A DNA stretch of 64,000 nucleotides from Actinomycetes bacterium. Its GTDB lineage: Bacteria > Actinomycetota > UBA4738 > HRBIN12. The DNA is taken from contig JAJNBA010000001.1 of NCBI GenBank assembly GCA_021155985.1, positions 10,700-74,699 on the forward strand, given 5' to 3'. Under the pieces are notes generated by a model. That model had not been told where the DNA came from and ran no database searches. It saw only the letters and a program-made list of their open reading frames with translations. This document shows, one piece after another, positions 58,399 to 64,000 of this stretch (within the stretch, counting starts at the first letter, position 1; every line of letters begins with the position of its first letter). A program made the translations under genes and the position numbers.

Positions 58399-58866
58399 GT
58401 GACCTGCGGGTTCGCGGGTGGGGCCATTGACGGTCCGGGCGGCTTCGCTCACACTGACGCCCTATCGCGCGGAACCCGCGCACCGAAAGAAGGGAACGCT
58501 CACATCGCAGAGATCGAGGTCGGCGCGGTGATCGACGGCACCGTGGCCCGCATCACCCCGTATGGGGCGTTCCTCCAGCTCGAGGACGGACGTCTCGGGC
58601 TCGTGCACATCTCGGAGGTCGATCGGAACTACGTCAAGGACGTCCACGATCACCTCCGCGAGGGCGACGTCGTCCAGGCGAAGGTCGTCGCCATCAAAGA
58701 GGACGGCAAGATCGATCTCTCGATCAAGGCGCTGCAGGATCCGGCGCCGCCGCGCGCGCGGCGTGGATCGGACCCCGAGTTCGAGCAGATGCTCAAGAAG
58801 TTCATGCGTCAGTCCGAAGAGCGACTGGTCGAGTACAAGCGCGCGGTCGAGCACAAGCGCAAGTAG
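58399..58866 (+). CDS. S1 domain RNA-binding protein (YugI/GSP13-like); start uncertain
   Basis: S1 fold IEVGAVIDGTVARITPYGAFLQL...GLVHISEV plus a YugI-like tail (FEQMLKKFMRQSEERL). Longest ORF shown. A TTGACG-17-CACACT promoter at 58427-58455 argues for a downstream start, either ATC 58504 (SD GAAGGGA) or GTG 58528. Confidence 0.75.
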   Translation: MTCGFAGGAIDGPGGFAHTDALSRGTRAPKEGNAHIAEIEVGAVIDGTVARITPYGAFLQLEDGRLGLVHISEVDRNYVKDVHDHLREGDVVQAKVVAIKEDGKIDLSIKALQDPAPPRARRGSDPEFEQMLKKFMRQSEERLVEYKRAVEHKRK

Positions 58867-58869
58867 TCC

Positions 58870-60255
58870 GTGAGCGAGGAGCTCCGGGAGAGCGATCTCG
58901 ACGCCGTCCGCGAACAGCTCGGCCGCGAACCCACCGTCCCTTTCTCGGTGATCGCGCGGTGCAGCGATGGTCATCCGCTCGTGATCCGGAACCGTCCGCT
59001 CGACGCCGACGGACATCCCTTCCCCACCATCTTCTGGTTGACCTGCCCCACCGCGGTGAGGTCGGTGTCGCGACTCGAGTCCGACGGATGGATCGGGCGT
59101 CTCGCCGACGATCCCGAGCTCGTGGAGCGGATCGAGAAGGCGCATGCCGCCTATGCGTCCGAGCGCGGCCGGATGGCGCCCGGCGCCGAGCGGTGGGGCG
59201 GGGTGGGTGGGACCGACCACGGACTTAAGTGCCTCCACGCGCACTACGCGTATCACCTCGCCGGCGGGGACGACGTCGTGGGTGCGTGGACGGCAGCGCG
59301 GGTGGAACCGGTGCACCCGCCCGAGCTCCGAAGGCGGGTTGCGGCGATAGACCAGGGCACGAACTCCACACGGCTCCTCGTGCTGCAGCCTCGCGACGGC
59401 GAGCCGATCGAGATCTGCCGCGACATGGTCATCACGCGGCTCGGGAAGAGCGTCGACGAGAAAGGGACGCTCGATCCGGCGGCGATCGAGCGCGCGGCGG
59501 AAGCGATCGCGTGGTTCCGACGCCGCGCGAGTGCGCTGCACGCCGAGGAGGTCCGGATCGGGGCCACGTCCGCGGTCCGTGACGCGAGCGATCGCGAGGA
59601 CTTCCTCTCGCGCGTGCGCGACATGACGGGGATCGAGCCGGAGGTGATCGAAGGTGAACGAGAGGCGGCCCTCTCGTTCCTCGGGGGGACCCGAGGCCTC
59701 GATCCCGCCGACGGTCCGTTCCTCCTCGTCGACATCGGGGGCGGATCCACGGAGTTCGTCACCGGGCGCACACCCGGCGTCATGGAGCATTCGATCTCCA
59801 CACAGATGGGGAGCGTGCGGCTCACCGAACGGGTGCGGCCTTCTGATCCGCCGACCGGTGACGACCTTCGGCGCTTCGAATCGCTCGTCCGCGCGCAGCT
59901 CGACGAGGTCGAGCGCATCGTGCCCGTCGAGGAGGGGCGCACGCTCGTAGCGGTCGCGGGCACCGCGACGACGCTCCAGGCGTGCACACTCGGGCTCGAG
60001 CGTTACGACCCCGACCTGGTCCATCGCTCGATGCTCACGCTCGCCGACGCCGAGCGCACGCTCGGCGAGCTCGCCGCGATGACGAACGAGGAGCGGGCCG
60101 CGATCCCGGTCATGCCGACTGGTCGCGGCGACGTGATCGTCGCGGGGGCCTCGATCCTCGTGCACGCGATGCGGCGGTTCGGGTTCGAGCAAGCCCTGAT
60201 CAGCGAGACCGACATCCTCGACGGCCTCGCCCTCGAGCTGTTGGGCGTCCGGTAA
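58870..60255 (+). CDS. ppx: DUF501 domain fused to Ppx/GppA-family exopolyphosphatase
   Basis: Residues 1-~155 match DUF501 (FPTIFWLTCP, GLKCLHAHYAYHLAG). Residues ~165-461 match Ppx/GppA (AAIDQGTNSTRLLV, VDIGGGSTEF). Single uninterrupted 461-codon frame. Confidence 0.85.
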   Translation: MSEELRESDLDAVREQLGREPTVPFSVIARCSDGHPLVIRNRPLDADGHPFPTIFWLTCPTAVRSVSRLESDGWIGRLADDPELVERIEKAHAAYASERGRMAPGAERWGGVGGTDHGLKCLHAHYAYHLAGGDDVVGAWTAARVEPVHPPELRRRVAAIDQGTNSTRLLVLQPRDGEPIEICRDMVITRLGKSVDEKGTLDPAAIERAAEAIAWFRRRASALHAEEVRIGATSAVRDASDREDFLSRVRDMTGIEPEVIEGEREAALSFLGGTRGLDPADGPFLLVDIGGGSTEFVTGRTPGVMEHSISTQMGSVRLTERVRPSDPPTGDDLRRFESLVRAQLDEVERIVPVEEGRTLVAVAGTATTLQACTLGLERYDPDLVHRSMLTLADAERTLGELAAMTNEERAAIPVMPTGRGDVIVAGASILVHAMRRFGFEQALISETDILDGLALELLGVR

Positions 60256-60267
60256 CCTCGACCGCCG

Positions 60268-61146
60268 ATGTCGAAGAGGAGCAGGGATCGTCAGCTCGCG
60301 AAGCTCGCCGCCAGACGACAGGCCGAGCGCACGGCAGCCCTCCGGCGCCGCAACCTGATCGTCGGGATCCTTTCCGGCGTCGTGGCCCTGTTCGTGGTGA
60401 TCGTGGGACTCAACGTGCTGCTGGGCGACGATACGGAGACGGCCGCTCCCACCCCGACGCAGGCGAGCCCCTCGGGAAGTCCGTCTCCGCCGGTGGAGCC
60501 CGGGACGAAGACGGGAACCGTCACGCCCACGGCGGCCAACGAGTCGGGCGAGGTCGCCTGCGGAGCGGACGAGCCGGCCAAGGCGGGCACGCCGAAGCCG
60601 CAGTTCGCCGGTCCGCCGCCGATGGACATCGACCGGGAGGCGACCTACACCGCCACGATGCAGACCTCGTGCGGCGCGATCGTGATCGAGCTCGATCCGA
60701 AGCGCGCTCCCCAAACCGTCAACTCCTTCGTGTTCCTCGCCAAGGAGGGGTACTTCGACGGGCAGTACTTCCATCGTCTCGACACCTCGATCGACGTGAT
60801 CCAGGGTGGCGATCCTTCGGGGAACGGGAACGGAGGGCCCGGCTACGCGATCCCCGACGAGCTCAACGGGAACGAGTCCTACACGCCGGGAACCCTGGCC
60901 ATGGCGAACGCGGGTCCCAACACCGGGGGGAGCCAGTTCTTCCTCATCACGGGACCGAACGGGACGAACCTCGACGGGAACCCGAACTACACGATCTTCG
61001 GGAAGGTGATCGAGGGCCTCGACGTTGGCCAGCGGATCCAGAAGCTCCCGATCGTGGACCCCGATTCCGGCGAGCTCTCCGGGCAGCGGCCTGCGGAGGC
61101 CGTCTACATCGAGTCGGTGACGATCAAGAGGTCCGGCGGCGGCTAG
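60268..61146 (+). CDS. membrane-anchored cyclophilin-type peptidyl-prolyl isomerase
   Basis: N-terminal basic region plus TM and a Pro/Thr/Ser linker, then a cyclophilin domain (FHRLDTSIDVIQGGDP, GTLAMANAGPNTGGSQFF). Confidence 0.88.
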   Translation: MSKRSRDRQLAKLAARRQAERTAALRRRNLIVGILSGVVALFVVIVGLNVLLGDDTETAAPTPTQASPSGSPSPPVEPGTKTGTVTPTAANESGEVACGADEPAKAGTPKPQFAGPPPMDIDREATYTATMQTSCGAIVIELDPKRAPQTVNSFVFLAKEGYFDGQYFHRLDTSIDVIQGGDPSGNGNGGPGYAIPDELNGNESYTPGTLAMANAGPNTGGSQFFLITGPNGTNLDGNPNYTIFGKVIEGLDVGQRIQKLPIVDPDSGELSGQRPAEAVYIESVTIKRSGGG

Positions 61147-61152
61147 GCGCTG

Positions 61153-62157
61153 TCAGGCAGTCGACGGTTCCGTCAGCCACGCCTCGATCCCCGCGAGGAT
61201 CTCCGCCTTGATCTCGTCGTCCGCGAAGGATGCGCGCACCCCCGAGCGGGCGATCTCCGCCAGATCGGCGTCGTCGAAGCTCCAGGTGTCACGTGCGCTC
61301 CGATAGACGTCGGTGAGCCACGCACCGAACATCGGCGGGTCATCGGAGTTGAGGGTGACGGTGACCCCGGCGTCCCGGAGCACCCGGAACGGGTGCTCCG
61401 CGAGCGAGCCGTAGACGCCGGTCGCGACGTTCGAGACCGGCGAGATCTCGAGCGGGATACCGGTGCCCGCCAGGTGCTCGACGAGCGCCGGGTCGTCGAC
61501 GGCCCGCACACCGTGTCCGATCCGATCGGGGAGATAGTGCTCGAGCGTCTCCCACACGTTGCGCGGTCCCGCCCACTCACCGGCGTGCGGGACGGATCGG
61601 AGCCCGGAGTCCTTCGCGCGCCGGAACAGGGGGCCGAAGGGGGCGATCCCGCTCCGCTCGCTCCCCGCGGCGCTGAGCGCCACCACGCCTCGACCCCCGA
61701 ACTTCAGCGCGACCTCCAGCGACCGTTCGGCCAGCTCGAGGCCCGCATCGCGCACGAGATCGGGCGCGAGCCTGGCTATCACGCCGAAGTCGCGCCGGCC
61801 CGCCTCGAGCCCGTCCAGCACGGCCTCGATGGGCCCGAACCAATCGTCGCCGAGTCGGGGGGCGTGGTTGCTCGGGGAGAAGACGACCTCGGCGTACCGG
61901 ACCCCCGTGCGGGCCTCGTCCTCGCAGAACTCGTAGGCGATCCGTCGGAAGTCCTCGATGGTCCCCAGCAACGCGCACATCGCCGTGTACTGCGAGATGA
62001 AGTCGTCGAACCCCGCGAACCCCCACCGGCCGTCGACGAGTCCGGACGGGATCGGCGCGCCCACTCGCTCCGCGAGCTCGCGGACGGTCTCGACGCGCAT
62101 CGCCCCCTCGAGGTGGACGTGGAGCTCCGCCTTCGGCAGGAGGGTGAGGTCGCGCAT
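61153..62157 (-). CDS. add: adenosine deaminase
   Basis: Blocks LPKAELHVHLEG, HAGE, NSDDP. ATG 62157 follows TAGCAT N6. Confidence 0.9.
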   Translation of the reverse strand: MRDLTLLPKAELHVHLEGAMRVETVRELAERVGAPIPSGLVDGRWGFAGFDDFISQYTAMCALLGTIEDFRRIAYEFCEDEARTGVRYAEVVFSPSNHAPRLGDDWFGPIEAVLDGLEAGRRDFGVIARLAPDLVRDAGLELAERSLEVALKFGGRGVVALSAAGSERSGIAPFGPLFRRAKDSGLRSVPHAGEWAGPRNVWETLEHYLPDRIGHGVRAVDDPALVEHLAGTGIPLEISPVSNVATGVYGSLAEHPFRVLRDAGVTVTLNSDDPPMFGAWLTDVYRSARDTWSFDDADLAEIARSGVRASFADDEIKAEILAGIEAWLTEPSTA

Positions 62158-62206
62158 CCGCGGATGCTAGCGCCGGAGAGGGAGGGTTCGAGGCGGCGCC
62201 GGCTCG

Positions 62207-62641
62207 CTACCAGCGCCGGGTGTAGACCTGGATGTCGGCGACCCCGCAGGCAGGGTCGGACGCGAACTCCGCCCCGCGGCCGTCGATCTCTCGCAGGTAC
62301 CAGCACGTGCCGGATGAGCTCATCGCGGACACGAAGAGCTCGTTCGTGAGGACGTGGTGGTGCAGGTAGGCCACATCCGTGACGAGGGGGGTGTCACCGT
62401 CCACGTACGTGATCGCGGCCTCGATGGCGGTCATCTCGGCGGGCACCGTCGTGTAGGTCAGGGTATCGGAGTAGTAGGCGCGCTCGGCCGCGAACGCGTT
62501 GCGGATATCCGACTGCGCGGCCCGGTCCCAGGCGCGCACCCGCGTTCCCAGGAACGTGGGCAGCGCGAGCAGGATCAAGACGGCGATGATCAGGATCACC
62601 GTCATCAGCTCGATCAGCGTGAACCCACGCTCGTTCCTCAC
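62207..62641 (-). CDS. type IV pilin / pseudopilin with prepilin N-terminal cleavage-methylation site
   Basis: N-terminus MRNERGFTLIELMTVILIIAVLILLALP (class III signal, G/F cleavage, E+5). C-terminal Cys pair. Confidence 0.85.
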   Translation of the reverse strand: MRNERGFTLIELMTVILIIAVLILLALPTFLGTRVRAWDRAAQSDIRNAFAAERAYYSDTLTYTTVPAEMTAIEAAITYVDGDTPLVTDVAYLHHHVLTNELFVSAMSSSGTCWYLREIDGRGAEFASDPACGVADIQVYTRRW

Positions 62642-62713
62642 CTGCCCACTATCGGCGCTCCGGGGGAGGGACCTGAGCGCCGGGGTTCCTACGGAGCGAT
62701 AGCATCGGACCGA

Positions 62714-62799
62714 GCCCGGGTGTCGGAACCGGTAGACGACGGCGCCTTAAAAGCGCTTGCCCCGGAAGGGGCGTGTGGGTTCGAATCCCACCCCGGGCA
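62714..62799 (+). tRNA. tRNA-Leu (anticodon UAA), class II long variable arm
   Basis: Acceptor GCCCGGG/CCCGGGC. Anticodon stem GGCGC/GCGCT with loop CTTAAAA. Variable arm TGCCCCGGAAGGGGCGT. T arm GTGGG-TTCGAAT-CCCAC. TAGCAT hexamer 8 nt upstream of position 1. Confidence 0.85.
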
Positions 62800-62872
62800 C
62801 ACGGGAGCACCGTTCCCACCTGCGTGGCCGCCTGCGCGAGCGGCCGTCTGGGCCGTCGTAGGATGCCGGTGC

Positions 62873-63772
62873 ATGGACGGTCAACCGGCGCCTGACTTCC
62901 CACAGCCGCCCGCGCCGCAGCCCTCGACCTCGCCGTCACTCCCACCGCCACCAGCACCGCTCGGAGGCGTTCGGGGCGATCGCCCGTTCAGCCTGCAACC
63001 GATGGGCGTCGGCGAGATCCTCGACGCGGCGATCAAGCTGTATCGCTCGCAGTGGAAGCGCCTGATGGCGATCGTCGCGATCGTCCTCGTCCCGATCACG
63101 TTCCTCCGAGGATTCACTGAGCGAAGCTTGGGGACCTCGTTCTCCCCGCCATCCACGGTGCCTGAGGATGTCGACACGACGCTGATCGCGGGAGGCGTCG
63201 TAGCACTGATCCAATTCCTCGTGGTGCAGCCGTTCCTCACGGCGGCGATCGCGAAGGCCTCCGCGGACGTCTACCTCGGCCACCCGGTGCTCGTCGGCCC
63301 GACGTTCCGGTTCGCGGTCTCGCGGATCCACTCGATCCTGTGGATCTCGATCTTGGCGGGTCTCGCGATGCTCCTCGGCTTCGTGCTCCTGATCGTCCCA
63401 GGCGTCTTCGTCCTGGTGCGGTTGTTCTTCGGGTCCACGGTGTTCGTCATCGAGGGGAAGAAGGGATCGAAGGCCCTCGGGCGGTCATGGCGGCTGGGGA
63501 AAGGGCACTTCTGGAAGATCCTCGGGACCTTCCTGCTCGCATCGATCATGGCCGCCGTGGTGCAAGCGATCCTCGCCCTCCCCGGGGAAGCGGCCTTCGC
63601 CGCGATCGGTCCGGCGGGGTGGCCGCTGTACGCGATCGGTCTCTCACTCGCCGCGATCCTCACCGGCCCCTTCACGACGTTGATCGCCGTGCTGCTCTAC
63701 TTCGACCTGCGCATCCGGAAGGAAGCGTTCGACCTCGAGATCATGGCCCAAGAGATGTCGTCGCAGCAGTGA
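62873..63772 (+). CDS. polytopic membrane protein with Pro-rich N-terminus (function unknown)
   Basis: 299 aa, about 6 TM. ATG 62873 follows TAGGAT N8. The upstream 173 codons of track ORF 62354..63772 cross tRNA-Leu and are not coding. Confidence 0.7.
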   Translation: MDGQPAPDFPQPPAPQPSTSPSLPPPPAPLGGVRGDRPFSLQPMGVGEILDAAIKLYRSQWKRLMAIVAIVLVPITFLRGFTERSLGTSFSPPSTVPEDVDTTLIAGGVVALIQFLVVQPFLTAAIAKASADVYLGHPVLVGPTFRFAVSRIHSILWISILAGLAMLLGFVLLIVPGVFVLVRLFFGSTVFVIEGKKGSKALGRSWRLGKGHFWKILGTFLLASIMAAVVQAILALPGEAAFAAIGPAGWPLYAIGLSLAAILTGPFTTLIAVLLYFDLRIRKEAFDLEIMAQEMSSQQ

Positions 63773-64000
63773 GGCGGATCGCGCTCCTGTGCGTCGTCCT
63801 GGCGATGGCACTCCTGCCGGTGGCGCCGGCGGCCGCGCAGCCGGGACCCGCGATCTCGCCCGAGGAGCTCCTGGATCGGCTGCGCGCGGCGGCGGCGCTC
63901 GCGGAGGAGGGGGTCGCCGATCCGTCACCGGCCCGGATGCGCGAGGTGGAGGAGGCGATGGGTCTTCCCACCGTCGTGCGCGTCGACGGCGTGGATGTGG
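63769..64000 (+). CDS. secreted hypothetical protein, 3'-truncated by the window end
   Basis: GTG 63769 overlaps the upstream TGA (GTGA). Signal peptide VRRIALLCVVLAMALLPVAPAAAQP. The frame is open to the window end and GC3 is high. Confidence 0.5.
   Translation, partial: MRRIALLCVVLAMALLPVAPAAAQPGPAISPEELLDRLRAAAALAEEGVADPSPARMREVEEAMGLPTVVRVDGVDV

Noticed and set aside
62354-62872. 5' 173 codons of the 472-aa track ORF
   Set aside because: They are antisense to the pilin gene and run straight through tRNA-Leu. The real membrane-protein gene starts at ATG 62873, behind a TAGGAT hexamer.

Overview
High-GC (roughly 70% by eye, not computed) chromosomal core region of an Actinomycetota-type genome. 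I call 60 protein-coding regions (two cut by the window edges, two are micro-ORFs) and 2 tRNAs (Gln-UUG, Leu-UAA). I found no rRNA, CRISPR array, transposase, integrase or prophage genes. Content by position: (1) 0.7-12.2 kb, a five-gene minus-strand alpha-glucan operon glgE / treS-maltokinase fusion / malQ / glgB / glgX, with every junction a GTGA start-stop overlap. (2) 12-28 kb, mixed metabolic and envelope genes: M15 peptidase, cupredoxin plus PQQ sugar dehydrogenase, aminotransferase, GlcD/GlcE-like oxidases, rhodanese, macro domain, PfkB kinase, GNAT, MFS, pirin, secreted HEXXH protease, CPBP protease. (3) 28-61 kb, a block in the same gene order as the mycobacterial pmt-to-ppx interval: pmt, rsmI, metG, tatD, rsmA/ksgA, ispE, glmU, prs, rplY, pth, mfd, mazG, eno, ftsB-like, DUF501, ppx. 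rpfB is absent and there are lineage-specific inserts. (4) 61-64 kb: add, an orphan pilin, tRNA-Leu and membrane proteins. The least explained locus is 46.55-47.02 kb. It holds a structured G/C-tract leader, two Shine-Dalgarno-led micro-ORFs (18 and 27 codons) that share a W-[KR]-P-x-TGA ending, and a perfect 10-bp hairpin burying the SD of the next gene, all upstream of a DUF5317-like plus membrane GGDEF-EAL operon. Other points worth a second look: a 516-nt noncoding, promoter-bearing interval where rpfB sits in mycobacteria; about 21 starts with a TANNNT hexamer 6-9 nt upstream (leaderless architecture), including two divergent pairs that share one TANNNTA heptamer; a DUF501-Ppx/GppA fusion; and an ECF sigma factor coupled to a 665-aa membrane protein with no recognisable domain. 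All family calls come from reading motifs in the supplied translations. No database search was run.
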